Source: a virus (Duplodnaviria; Caudoviricetes). From it: 54,585 bases of DNA. Position numbers and translations under genes: made by a program. Where the stretch lies: positions 1 through 54,585 of the IMG/VR virus record IMGVR_UViG_3300042452_000459; one strand, 5' to 3'. The notes under the pieces are model-generated. The model did not search any database and was not told the DNA's origin. It saw nothing but the letters and a program-made list of their open reading frames with translations. This document shows positions 16,618-26,972 of the stretch, in pieces. Numbering within the stretch: the stretch's first letter is position 1; each line of letters opens with the position of its first letter.

Positions 16618-18549
16618 TCACTTCTGTTGCATTTCCTTAATCTTCTCAAGTCTAGCAGCATCGATACGTTTTAAATGAGAAGGTTTGTGATCAGACCATA
16701 CTGCATCATTGATTGATAAAAAGTCTCCCCAAAGAGATTGTTGATGAGCAAGGTTTCTCATGGTTGAAGATTTAGACATATATTCATTACGAACTGTATC
16801 AGTTTCAAATACATTATTCCAATCCATCATTGTGATGTGTTCATGCTTTGCATAAATTTTTGGATTTAGATTAGTATACTGCTGAAGTTCTTTTAAGAAT
16901 TCATCTCTACGTCTCCACTGATCGGTAGAACCACGCTTAGGATGTTTTCCTTTTCTATTTTGATTTTTTAAATCAAATCTTAAATCAATTCCACCAGCAA
17001 TTGTTGAAGGTGGTTTATTTTCTACTCTAAAAACAGGTATTTCAGTAAACTGTCTTGCCGCATCAAATGAATGTTGATCTCTATTAGATCCGACCAATGA
17101 CCATTCCCACCAAAGGTCACAAAAATCGATGAACTGTTTTGAAGTTTTAATAGTTCTCCAAAGAATAGTGCAACAAGGACTAATATAATCTTTAAAGTTA
17201 TAATTAGTTTTTGCAAGTTTTTTCGTCAGTTCTATACCAGCTTCGTATGAGAAAAATCCACACATAAATCCTTCAAGCATTTCATCATAATATGTAAATC
17301 GATAACAATGCTCTAATGTTGTTATTCCTTTAGTTGGAAAAACAGTTTTTGAAAATTCAATAAACTCTTTTGTTTGAATATAACATGCATCTATCCAAAC
17401 AGTATGTTCTCCTGGTTCAAATAATTTGTGAGGATTTAGTTTGGGGAAAGCAGATAGTCTTCTTGGACATGTTAAATCACAATAATCTCTAATATCGATA
17501 TATTCCCAAGGTCCTTTCGTTGTATCTATAGTTCCATCATGGAACATTACATATCTAACATTAGGATCATAATAATTTTCTTCTGGTATAGTATCATAAT
17601 TATTAGTAATACAACTATAAACAGTAAATTTTACCTCATTAGGTTTAATAAGCTCTTCAACATGAATTCGATATGCTTCTTTTTGTTCTTTACTCTGTTC
17701 TATATCACTAGTGATTTTATAATTAAATGAGTTTAAAATTTCCTTGAATACATAACCAGTCTTAGTACCTTGCAAATACTTCAAACGATTTAAATCAATT
17801 TTAGTTTTACAATCTACTTTTGAAGCCTCTGATAAATCATCAATAAACTTTTTCCAGTCCCAGGTTTTCTTTTTCTTTATCTCATAATTACCTGATTTTC
17901 CTGCAAGACTATTCCACCAATCTCGATAAAAAGAAAACTGAGATACGATTGAAACTGGATGTTCTTTTTCGTAAGATATATTTGATATTCTTAATGATGC
18001 TGATCCAGATAACTGGTCTCTAGGTCCACATTGCAGATAAAATTCCCACCACAACTTAGACCATTTAATGGTATTTTCGCTAGGATTTCTCCATAAAACA
18101 CATGCAAATATTGTTTCGTGATTTAAGAAATCATATTTTAATTTGGATAAACTCTTAGTAAGTTTTACAATACTTTTTTCATCTACCCAAGATTTTAAAT
18201 AATATTCTAAACATTCTTCAAAATAATTGTGCTGCTCTGGATGCTCTAGTATAAAAACATCATCTTCTTCTAAGATAACCTCAGAGATATCAAAGAATTG
18301 TTGATTATTAATTAGATGCAATCTAGAAGCATCAACATATACACAAGGTTCATTAAAATATTCATGAAATAAAATTTTAGGATGCCTTGAAAGAACAACA
18401 GGATCCTTATGTTCAAATTTAATGTCTCTTAATTCCCAAGGAGATTTTGGTTCAACAGTACCGTCATGAAAACAAATATACTGATGCCCCAAATCTTCAA
18501 GTTCAGGCAGTTCACAATATCCATTAGTAATAGACGTATAAATGATCAT
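16618..18549 (-). CDS. Glycosyltransferase-like protein with two DUF616-like domains
   Basis: Repeated IYTxITNxY, SRHPK/SAFPK, WID/YVD and RDQ motifs. Confidence 0.7.
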   Translation of the reverse strand: MIIYTSITNGYCELPELEDLGHQYICFHDGTVEPKSPWELRDIKFEHKDPVVLSRHPKILFHEYFNEPCVYVDASRLHLINNQQFFDISEVILEEDDVFILEHPEQHNYFEECLEYYLKSWVDEKSIVKLTKSLSKLKYDFLNHETIFACVLWRNPSENTIKWSKLWWEFYLQCGPRDQLSGSASLRISNISYEKEHPVSIVSQFSFYRDWWNSLAGKSGNYEIKKKKTWDWKKFIDDLSEASKVDCKTKIDLNRLKYLQGTKTGYVFKEILNSFNYKITSDIEQSKEQKEAYRIHVEELIKPNEVKFTVYSCITNNYDTIPEENYYDPNVRYVMFHDGTIDTTKGPWEYIDIRDYCDLTCPRRLSAFPKLNPHKLFEPGEHTVWIDACYIQTKEFIEFSKTVFPTKGITTLEHCYRFTYYDEMLEGFMCGFFSYEAGIELTKKLAKTNYNFKDYISPCCTILWRTIKTSKQFIDFCDLWWEWSLVGSNRDQHSFDAARQFTEIPVFRVENKPPSTIAGGIDLRFDLKNQNRKGKHPKRGSTDQWRRRDEFLKELQQYTNLNPKIYAKHEHITMMDWNNVFETDTVRNEYMSKSSTMRNLAHQQSLWGDFLSINDAVWSDHKPSHLKRIDAARLEKIKEMQQK

Positions 18550-20162
18550 AATATTTTATAAACTCCCATATAAAAAGCATGGTCTGGGTATTTAGTATAC
18601 ATCTTTACGCTTAACCCAGTAATTTTTTGCATATCATTTAAAAATTTATCTTTCTTTAAATGCTGTTTTTTATTTCCATTCTGAGGATGCATTCCACGTC
18701 TTCCCTTTTTATTGAAAAATCCTAAAGAAACTCCAGAATTATTCCTATCTTCAAATACAAAAGGTTGAATGCCTGTAAACTGTAAAGCAACATCAAAAGC
18801 AACTTGATCTCTATTAGATCCTATTAAAGAATATTCATACCACAATTCATTAAAACGTTTTGTTTCTTGATTTATAGTTCTCCAAACTATTGTTCCAAGT
18901 GGACTAGAATATTTCCTGAATTCATAATTGTTCTCCTTTAAATTTTTTGTCAATTTAATCGCATCATCATAACTGAAAAAAGCACATAGAAATCCTTCTA
19001 GCATTTCATCATAATAAGAAAATCTAGATGCATGTCGAAGCATTGTAAAAGGAAAACAATATAATGTATTTTCTATAAATTGTTTTGTATGGATATAACA
19101 TCCATCTATCCATACAGTATGTGTTCCTTCTGGGAAAAATAAATGTGGATTAGCCTTTGGATAAAAAGATAATCGACGAGGACATTTAATATCACAATAA
19201 TTTCTAATATCAATATATTCCCATGGTCCTTTAGTTGTGTCTATAGTTCCATCGTGAAAACAAACGTATCTAATATCTGGATCATAATAATTTTCTTCTG
19301 GAAACACATCATAACCATTTGTTATGCATGTATAGATTACTATTTTACTTTTATCGACTGGGGTTCCTTCAAATCCTGGATGTTTATAAAAAGAAAGTTC
19401 TTTCTGGTCTAACATTTTATTTTTGTCGATGAAATTTTTTTGACGAACATTAAAAATTTTACACAATTTAGCAATAAATTCTTTAAATTGTAACGTATTT
19501 GGTCTATTTAATATCTTATAACTTTCAGAATATTCTTTTACTCGTGTAGTGTTGGTAACATCAACAAGCAAATCAATACGTTCTGCTTTCATTACCTCCC
19601 ATTCTGCTAACGCACTAGAAATTTGATCTCGGTTAACACCAAGATCATACCACCTTCTCCATGCTTCAGACCACTTAATAGTTTGAGAAGTTAATCTCCT
19701 ATAAACAATACAATTAATTGTTTGCTCATATTCTCTAATCATATATCCACATTCTTTTATCTTCTGAGCCATATCTAAACATTCCTGTTCAGAAGAAAAT
19801 CCATGGTAATATAATTTTGATATCTCTTCTAATATATTTCTTTCTGCGGGATGCTTTTGTAAAATTAAATCGTGCTCAATAAATTCTGTTTTATACTTTT
19901 CAACGATTTCTTTAGTGATAGTATATGATCCATCTATCCATAAAGTAATTTCTCCCTCATCAAAATAATGATGTGGGAGATGTTTTGGATGATAGGATCT
20001 TCTTACAGAACACTCAATGTCTAAATTAAGTTTGACAAATTCCCAGGGTCCTATTTTTTCTAATTCACCATCATAAAAACACACATATCTAATATCTGGA
20101 TCATAATAGTTTTCTTCAGATATTCTATCGTATCCATTAGTAATGCATGTGTATATGATCAC
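18546..20162 (-). CDS. Glycosyltransferase-like protein with two DUF616-like domains
   Basis: IYTCITNGYD twice, WIDG twice, NRDQ twice. Confidence 0.7.
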   Translation of the reverse strand: MIIYTCITNGYDRISEENYYDPDIRYVCFYDGELEKIGPWEFVKLNLDIECSVRRSYHPKHLPHHYFDEGEITLWIDGSYTITKEIVEKYKTEFIEHDLILQKHPAERNILEEISKLYYHGFSSEQECLDMAQKIKECGYMIREYEQTINCIVYRRLTSQTIKWSEAWRRWYDLGVNRDQISSALAEWEVMKAERIDLLVDVTNTTRVKEYSESYKILNRPNTLQFKEFIAKLCKIFNVRQKNFIDKNKMLDQKELSFYKHPGFEGTPVDKSKIVIYTCITNGYDVFPEENYYDPDIRYVCFHDGTIDTTKGPWEYIDIRNYCDIKCPRRLSFYPKANPHLFFPEGTHTVWIDGCYIHTKQFIENTLYCFPFTMLRHASRFSYYDEMLEGFLCAFFSYDDAIKLTKNLKENNYEFRKYSSPLGTIVWRTINQETKRFNELWYEYSLIGSNRDQVAFDVALQFTGIQPFVFEDRNNSGVSLGFFNKKGRRGMHPQNGNKKQHLKKDKFLNDMQKITGLSVKMYTKYPDHAFYMGVYKIL

Positions 20163-20788
20163 AGTTCAGAAAGCACTTTACTACTAATATTTCCAGGTTC
20201 TCTAAGGAACCATCCCGTTGCAATGTATTTATCGATAGGTCCTGTCAAAAATCCACCCCTATGCATGTGAGTATATGCAGCTGGCCAAAGAACTACTGTG
20301 CCTTTCTTAGGATGTAATGCTAATTTTTGATATAAAAATTCTGTAGCCCCGCCATTCTCAGGTGGAATATCATTTAAATAAACCATCCAAGTTAAAACAC
20401 GATCTCGATACATAAACACACCATTCTCGCAATGCCATTTATGATATCCACCTCCAGATACAGTCTTTTGAACTTTAGTTGTCCATGAAGATACAGGATC
20501 ATTATCTTGAACAATCCCCTGATAATGCTTTGCATATTGCTCAAAACATTGTCCAATAAATGTATTGAGCTGCATAGCCATTCTTAGATCAACATACTCA
20601 AGATAAAGTTGTTGATCACTTCTACTTAAAATTCTATCTTGAAATTGCTCTTGTCCAGAAGAAATCCACTCTTTAACTTCAGGAGTAAATTTTTTATCCG
20701 TCCAATTATCAAATGCAAGAATAATGCTGTCACACATATCATCAGGAACAGCATTTTCAAAAATACCAATGTGATCTATAAGGTTCAT
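20159..20788 (-). CDS. 2OG-Fe(II) oxygenase
   Basis: YHKWHCE, MVYLND, GGATEF, THMHRG and KYIATGW motifs. Confidence 0.88.
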   Translation of the reverse strand: MNLIDHIGIFENAVPDDMCDSIILAFDNWTDKKFTPEVKEWISSGQEQFQDRILSRSDQQLYLEYVDLRMAMQLNTFIGQCFEQYAKHYQGIVQDNDPVSSWTTKVQKTVSGGGYHKWHCENGVFMYRDRVLTWMVYLNDIPPENGGATEFLYQKLALHPKKGTVVLWPAAYTHMHRGGFLTGPIDKYIATGWFLREPGNISSKVLSEL

Positions 20789-21606
20789 TGTTGCTGATTT
20801 AGATATACTTGTGGTGGTATTCTACCACAATATTCATCAAGTTCCATAATTTGATCTACGCTTTGATCTGGACCTTGATGTTGCCAAAATTCTACAAGAG
20901 CATTTCTGCTATCCTTATGAAAAATATCAATGTGTTCTTCATGAATTGCTGAACCCAAATCTAATCTATAGTTGAATAATGGCGTTGAATATCCCTTTCC
21001 ACTATCAAGAATTAGATCTTCAGATACAGCTCTTGGTTTAATATTCTGATCGATTTTCCAACAAGATCCTCTATTATGAAGTTTAAAAATTTTTTCTGCG
21101 TGATGTCTAGTAATTAAATAACATGCAGCAGAAAAATCATTAATAAATCGATGGTGTAATTTCAGCGTAATACCATTTGGATTGATGATTGTGAACTGAC
21201 AGGTATCAAAATTGATGGGAAGTCTTTTACGAACTTCTTTCCAAGTAAAGTTCCAATACTTAGCAGTAGAAAGATCAACATCATCTTCCATAATCATAAT
21301 TTCAGGAAGATCTGTTTCATACAAAAAATATTTAATTGCATTAAGATGAGAAAGAACACAAGCAATCTCCCCTTGGTTCATATTGTGTGGAATAGTCCCC
21401 TTCAAATATGAAGTTGGATCATCTTCTTTACCATCAATTCCAGATATACGATGATGATCTTCTATTTCCCAATAAGAAAACTGATCCTCCATGTACTTTC
21501 TTCTTTCTGGATATCTATCAAGATTAATCCACAAACACTTAGGAAAATCTTTTAACTTGTAAGATGATTTATTTTTATCCACCAATCTTCTTCCCGTGAA
21601 TAACAC
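20785..21606 (-). CDS. Glycosyltransferase family 25
   Basis: INLDRYPERR, GEIACVLSH, MEDD and AACYLI motifs; true start may be GTG ~21582. Confidence 0.85.
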   Translation of the reverse strand: MLFTGRRLVDKNKSSYKLKDFPKCLWINLDRYPERRKYMEDQFSYWEIEDHHRISGIDGKEDDPTSYLKGTIPHNMNQGEIACVLSHLNAIKYFLYETDLPEIMIMEDDVDLSTAKYWNFTWKEVRKRLPINFDTCQFTIINPNGITLKLHHRFINDFSAACYLITRHHAEKIFKLHNRGSCWKIDQNIKPRAVSEDLILDSGKGYSTPLFNYRLDLGSAIHEEHIDIFHKDSRNALVEFWQHQGPDQSVDQIMELDEYCGRIPPQVYLNQQQ

Positions 21607-22477
21607 CTCGATTTGCCATATAAGATTGATTAGTATAATACTCTAGGATTTTATCTGGGGACATCCTTGACAAATATTCAAAAAGTTTTCTGTTCTCTTC
21701 AATATGAGGATTATTAAACCAAGAATTAGAAGTTCTTTTATGTTCCAAATGATAAACGGTTTCATCAATTCTTGCCACATGGGATAATTGATTGAAGCGA
21801 TTATATCGTTCATCGTCTTCGTATCCATAAGATACAAAGTTTTCATTCTCCATGCCTAGGCGAATATATTCTTCTCTATCAAAGAATTGACAGAACCCAA
21901 ACTTAGCATCCCAAGGTCTAGTATTAGTAAATACTAAAAAGTTAAAGTTAGAATTGATGAAATTACTTGCCTGCTCATCATCATAGAAAACTTGACGTTG
22001 ATAATCTCCATACCCATAAGGATAAACAACTTTAATTGGTTCTGGTTTTGCATTAGGAAAATTTGGATTTACAAATCCATTCAAAATTAAATCTACTGCT
22101 TGAACATATGTAGTTTTTGGTAACAGGATGTCACTATCATAGTTAACAACCACTGGTGTTTTAGCCATCAACACCATATCATTAATTAATCTTGTTCGAT
22201 GGAAAATATATTCATCAGTCTGTTCAAACACATGGATAAGATTTTTCAACTGATCTTCAGTTAAAGCTTCTTTTAACTGAGGTAATACAGACTGCTCAAA
22301 TGTTGATACACTATCAAACTCTTTAACAATTACAGTTGTATCAAATCCACGAAGAAGAAAAATCAAAGTGGTGATAATATTACGCATTCTATCATCCGTT
22401 TCAATACGAAGTGGGATGATAAATGTTGCTTCCCTTAATGGGATATATTCTTGTTCTACAAACTCCAATTCTTCCAT
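21575..22477 (-). CDS. GT-A glycosyltransferase (GT2/GT7 C-terminal-like)
   Basis: FIIPLRIE, NYDSD (DxD), GMENENFVSYGYEDDER; likely start MEELE at 22477. Confidence 0.8.
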   Translation of the reverse strand: MEELEFVEQEYIPLREATFIIPLRIETDDRMRNIITTLIFLLRGFDTTVIVKEFDSVSTFEQSVLPQLKEALTEDQLKNLIHVFEQTDEYIFHRTRLINDMVLMAKTPVVVNYDSDILLPKTTYVQAVDLILNGFVNPNFPNAKPEPIKVVYPYGYGDYQRQVFYDDEQASNFINSNFNFLVFTNTRPWDAKFGFCQFFDREEYIRLGMENENFVSYGYEDDERYNRFNQLSHVARIDETVYHLEHKRTSNSWFNNPHIEENRKLFEYLSRMSPDKILEYYTNQSYMANRGVIHGKKIGG

Positions 22478-23259
22478 TAGATTACCTCCCAATTTGAACA
22501 ATATAAGTCAGATGTATCGTGTGCTGCAGTATAACCAGTACCAAACCATTTGTTAGGAGCGATAATACGCTTATCTTTATTTTCACATAACCAAGATCCC
22601 CACCAAGAGAATGATGAATTAGCAATAATAAAATCTGTGCATAGTGTCATCATGCAGAGATCGGCTAAGTTATCGCCGCCCTCAGAGATGAGGAACCTGT
22701 CATCAGTAAATACAGTCCCACACCATTGAGGATCATCAGAAAAAACAATAACGTTACGAGAAGGATCAAATCTCGATAGTGCTTCATCGTAATATTCCTT
22801 AGGACAAGGTGGATGATTATCAGAGTTTACAAGATAATCTCCACGACGAACATGCAAAGCAATAGGTGCTTCTACGCTATCAATAAGTTCTTTACAAGGA
22901 CCGTAAATATCGTTCTTAAATTGAAAATCTTCACGTACTTCTTTTTCAATATGAGAAAAATATTTTGTAGTTTGAAGATATCCGTATACATTATGCCCAT
23001 CAGGCATGTTGTTAAATAGGTTCTCATCAAATTTAAATGATGTTTCCTGAACATAAGGTCCAGGAACAACTGCGATATTTGTAAGACCTGTTAGTTTGAA
23101 TGCTTCAAACAATTGATGATCCGTCCAGGGATCTTTAAAATCGCTTGGAGGAATTGCAAAATCATACCCTCGATGGGCAGCAATTCCACGAAGTCCTGCA
23201 TACTGAAACATCTGGTTTCCCAGACGACCATGACGACCTAGATGATTAAATCCAATCAT
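22477..23259 (-). CDS. Alpha-1,2-fucosyltransferase-like (GT11)
   Basis: GRLGNQMFQYA, HVRRGDY, FSDD and IANSSFSWWG motifs. Confidence 0.92.
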   Translation of the reverse strand: MIGFNHLGRHGRLGNQMFQYAGLRGIAAHRGYDFAIPPSDFKDPWTDHQLFEAFKLTGLTNIAVVPGPYVQETSFKFDENLFNNMPDGHNVYGYLQTTKYFSHIEKEVREDFQFKNDIYGPCKELIDSVEAPIALHVRRGDYLVNSDNHPPCPKEYYDEALSRFDPSRNVIVFSDDPQWCGTVFTDDRFLISEGGDNLADLCMMTLCTDFIIANSSFSWWGSWLCENKDKRIIAPNKWFGTGYTAAHDTSDLYCSNWEVI

Positions 23260-23939
23260 TTATACTTTTCCTTCAAATACTCAATTTCAGATGGTAAAAG
23301 ATGCTCTTGCAATCTTTGGGTTTGGTTTTTGTGCTCTCGATTAGAGATGTGATAATCAGTTAAAACTGCAGGTTCACCGTGATATTTATAGAGACGATAA
23401 TACATATCACAATCCATAAGCATGGTCAGTTTCTCATCGAAAAACTCATTAAGACCATTTCTCATAGCAAGAATAGAAGGAGAACTTAAAGTGTTTACTC
23501 CTTCCAAAAGACGATCATTATATTGTGGTAGTTTTGGATTATAATGTGTTTGCCCATTATCAATAGTATGTGCAAACCCAGTTACTGCCCATAATATATC
23601 ATTTTGAAATGCTTTGTCAAGTTCTTCTATTAAAGTTTTGGTTAAAATAAAATCATCCTGAAACATGACTTTGAGTATTTCTCCATCAGCATGTTCAAGA
23701 GCACAGTTTGTATTGACAGAAATAGAACCTAGATCGTTTTCATTTTTAATATAATTAATCTCAAAAAGATCTGCATATTCTTGACAAGCTTCTAGAACAT
23801 CATCATTTTTGCTATGGTCAGAAATCCATACATTAAAGTCTTTACAAGTTTGTTGACTTAATGCGTGAAAAATTTCAAACAAATACTGTTTAGCTTTACC
23901 ATGACTTTCATAACACGGTATACAAACACTTACTCTCAT
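23256..23939 (-). CDS. Glycosyltransferase family 2
   Basis: VSVCIPCYE, SDHS and FQDD motifs. Confidence 0.85.
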   Translation of the reverse strand: MRVSVCIPCYESHGKAKQYLFEIFHALSQQTCKDFNVWISDHSKNDDVLEACQEYADLFEINYIKNENDLGSISVNTNCALEHADGEILKVMFQDDFILTKTLIEELDKAFQNDILWAVTGFAHTIDNGQTHYNPKLPQYNDRLLEGVNTLSSPSILAMRNGLNEFFDEKLTMLMDCDMYYRLYKYHGEPAVLTDYHISNREHKNQTQRLQEHLLPSEIEYLKEKYK

Positions 23940-24613
23940 AGATCTAACAAAAGTTGATATGCTTCACAATTACCATGGCGCAATGCATCACGAATATCTC
24001 TACTAACGCTCTCATGAATAAACCATTCTTCCATAGTGCATCCATTATTTCTCAAATTTTCTCCAACTAAATCATATCCATGTTTAGAAAAAATTTCACG
24101 ATGAGCATAGATATCCCCCCATCCACGATAGGCATCATGTTCGTAAGTAATAGCATTAAAGCTTAATTTATCTAGAGGAAACTTTTTAAGTGCTTCTAAT
24201 GTAATATCAGGTGGTTCAAGATCAAATGAGAGATAATCCATATGTCTCGGAAGACCAAGAGTATCTGCTGCTTCAATATAATCAAACTCAAGTGCGTCAG
24301 TACAAAACAGTTGAGTATTAGGTCTCAATCCAGAAGTCCACATATCACAAAGTTCCTTTTCCAATTCAATAGAAAATCCTCTCCATCCATATTGCTCTTC
24401 AAGTAACCAAGTGTTGTTACCAATACAAGGTTGTGCTCCACCAACCTCAATAAAAGATCCGCTTTGTTTGGCATCATTAACAACAAGAGCAAAAATATCT
24501 TGCCACACTTGTGAATAATTTTTCTTCAAATCTTTCATTCCTTCTGGTTTTACCCTTAGGAATTCATAATCTTTTTGAATGTAATTGGTTTGATTAGATC
24601 CGTTGAGTGGCAT
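23936..24613 (-). CDS. FkbM-like SAM-dependent methyltransferase
   Basis: SQVWQD, FIEVGG, NNTWLLE, DYLSFDLEP and ITYEHD motifs. Confidence 0.75.
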   Translation of the reverse strand: MPLNGSNQTNYIQKDYEFLRVKPEGMKDLKKNYSQVWQDIFALVVNDAKQSGSFIEVGGAQPCIGNNTWLLEEQYGWRGFSIELEKELCDMWTSGLRPNTQLFCTDALEFDYIEAADTLGLPRHMDYLSFDLEPPDITLEALKKFPLDKLSFNAITYEHDAYRGWGDIYAHREIFSKHGYDLVGENLRNNGCTMEEWFIHESVSRDIRDALRHGNCEAYQLLLDL

Positions 24614-25403
24614 GTTCTTTCACGTCCTGAATAATTTTTCTTGTTAATCTTGGAACAACATCATTGACGCCATGAAATTGTTTAGCAATCTCATAGTTCT
24701 CTTCAATAGCTGCTTGTCTACTATTATAGTAGTCTTCATCAATATAGTCAAAGATATTTTCTAAATCTTTAATATCACTGAAAGTGATAATACCGTCCAT
24801 ATTAAACCAATCACCAATGTTTGGACAACCATAATAGATAGGAATAGTTTTACTTGCAAAACAATCAATAATTTTTTCAGTAAAATAATTCTTTTGCTGA
24901 GAATTTTCTGCCGCAATATGAAACATTGCGGTTTCAAAAAAGTCGTTTCGTCTTTCGTGGAATGGTGGTGACTTATGCTGATAAATTTCTAGACCATTAA
25001 CTTCATCTAGATTAGCAAGCACTTCATGAATTGCTAATCGTAGTTCATGTCCTGGAGCTTGACTTTTACTACTAGTTACAAAAGTAATATGTGGATTTTT
25101 ATTGACCTTAAGATCTTTAAAATCTAACCACGAAGAACCCCATGGAAAAAGTTCTGCTGTTTTATATTTGTCTAAGATTGCTTGACCAAATGTATAGATC
25201 TTATCAAACGAATTGGCATTTCTTAGAGCACCTTCATTGACTGTGGGTGCGATAGCGTAAGGTTCCGCAAGAAACAAAATTCTATAATCAGCATCTGGAT
25301 CAAAAGACAAGTTATCAATTGAAATGCTAACTGCAGTATTACCTAAATCAAGTCCCTTTTCTCCCCAAGGGTTCCACCATAGTGGAAATACGTTTGCCTT
25401 CAT
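24594..25403 (-). CDS. Glycosyltransferase family 10-like (fucosyltransferase)
   Basis: FHIAAENS...NYFTEKIIDCF...TIPIYYG. Confidence 0.75.
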   Translation of the reverse strand: MKANVFPLWWNPWGEKGLDLGNTAVSISIDNLSFDPDADYRILFLAEPYAIAPTVNEGALRNANSFDKIYTFGQAILDKYKTAELFPWGSSWLDFKDLKVNKNPHITFVTSSKSQAPGHELRLAIHEVLANLDEVNGLEIYQHKSPPFHERRNDFFETAMFHIAAENSQQKNYFTEKIIDCFASKTIPIYYGCPNIGDWFNMDGIITFSDIKDLENIFDYIDEDYYNSRQAAIEENYEIAKQFHGVNDVVPRLTRKIIQDVKEHATQRI

Positions 25404-26068
25404 CTTATTTCTTGAAAATGATAATGGAATCCAAAAGTTTCTTTCTCGCTATCTGGCAAGGTTTCTTCTCTGGAAAATTTAGATGCAACTTCTACGGGTG
25501 CAAACTTACATCCGTTTGCTTCAAAAATATGCCTATTATGAACACAAATGTTGCCGTCTTCATTATATAGACCAGCATTCATATGCTTATAAAAATCTCC
25601 AACATTAACTTCCCAGGGGATTTCTACAGTGCTTGATAGTTCTAATAACTTTTTACTTCTAAGTGAAAACCCACCGTTACCAACACGTTGATTTTTACCC
25701 CAAGGATCTAGATATGCAGTCGGATCATCTCTCCATGGTGCCCCAATATAATCATACTGAAGCCAAGCATTATCCCATAACCATGGACGAATAACATATC
25801 CATCAGGGTGGATCAACAATGCATGAGATGTCTCTACATGTTTGCCAAGATTATAAATGCAGTAAAAATTAAAATCATTGATACTTTGAATTGGATATGT
25901 CAATTCAAAAGTTGCTTGATCACAAAGACCATCTGGTTTGCCTTTGCTGCCGAGAAACTTTACAGCACCCCATTCAATTTCTTCGCAGGATTTATTGACA
26001 GCATATACCGCATCAGGTATATCAATATCTGCCAACATCAATAATGTTACATCAGGAATTTTTAGCAC
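25400..26068 (-). CDS. DUF5672-family glycosyltransferase-like protein
   Basis: YDYIGAPW, VGNGGFSLRSKK, NED and FGFH motifs. Confidence 0.8.
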   Translation of the reverse strand: MLKIPDVTLLMLADIDIPDAVYAVNKSCEEIEWGAVKFLGSKGKPDGLCDQATFELTYPIQSINDFNFYCIYNLGKHVETSHALLIHPDGYVIRPWLWDNAWLQYDYIGAPWRDDPTAYLDPWGKNQRVGNGGFSLRSKKLLELSSTVEIPWEVNVGDFYKHMNAGLYNEDGNICVHNRHIFEANGCKFAPVEVASKFSREETLPDSEKETFGFHYHFQEIR

Positions 26069-26972
26069 GTTTCACAGCTCGATTAAATACTGAATACAAG
26101 TCTAGCAGATTATTGTCTAGATTTCTAGCTTGATCAAAAAGATACTCATTGTTTGTTAGAAGGGTTTTAGTAATTTCTGCATAATCATCAACCCAAAGAA
26201 CAGGATAATCTTTGTACAGTTCCTGTAGATACGGAGTTCTTTTCATAATAGGAACTCTTTTTAAATAAAGAACTTCCCAGTTCCTATGACAATCTACACC
26301 ATTTCCTTGAGGACAAATCATAAACTTATGATTTTGAATTTGTTTGCAATAGATATCGTAAGATACTCTGTTATCTACAGTTGCATACTTCAACTTTGCA
26401 AATTTTTCTCTAATATTACCACGTTCACTAATATTTGTATGCTCAGCGTGATTAATATAAAGAAGTTTTGTTGGATTTACATCACGCTCCATTGCTTTAT
26501 GCAAAATAGCAATACGATTATCAGACGGATGAATAATACGCTGAACACCATATGGAAAAGGATGAACTTTGCCACTAAATCCAATGGCATTTACACCATA
26601 AATTGCCTTTACATTGTCGGGAATTTGATCATGAATATCTTTGCTGATCGGTGTATCTTCTAGATTAGTAAAAATGATAAAATTTGTGTTTGGAAACGCT
26701 GCACATGTTTCTAACATGTTATTGGTTTCAAGCAGTGCATCAACCCAACGCTGGTCTTCATCGTTAGTGCATTTAATTGATCTATTATAAAGTCGAATGT
26801 TATCGATAAAGACAGTCATCCATTTTTTATCCTTCACAAGTTCAACAAACTCTAGATTAGATGGATCTGCTTGTTTCATGAACGATCCAGGCACACGACC
26901 AATGCACCCAGATTGATCACCAAAAGAATAATCGCAGTGATTAGAAACTGCTACGCCTTCAATAATGTTCAC
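26052..26972 (-). CDS. Exostosin-like (GT47) protein
   Basis: KFMICPQGNGVDCHRNWEVLYLKRVPI. Confidence 0.7.
   Translation of the reverse strand: MNIIEGVAVSNHCDYSFGDQSGCIGRVPGSFMKQADPSNLEFVELVKDKKWMTVFIDNIRLYNRSIKCTNDEDQRWVDALLETNNMLETCAAFPNTNFIIFTNLEDTPISKDIHDQIPDNVKAIYGVNAIGFSGKVHPFPYGVQRIIHPSDNRIAILHKAMERDVNPTKLLYINHAEHTNISERGNIREKFAKLKYATVDNRVSYDIYCKQIQNHKFMICPQGNGVDCHRNWEVLYLKRVPIMKRTPYLQELYKDYPVLWVDDYAEITKTLLTNNEYLFDQARNLDNNLLDLYSVFNRAVKRAKNS

Noticed and set aside
15500-16674. Multiple plus-strand and alternate-frame ORFs over psbA
   Set aside because: Shadow ORFs from the codon bias of a highly conserved gene; no motifs or SD
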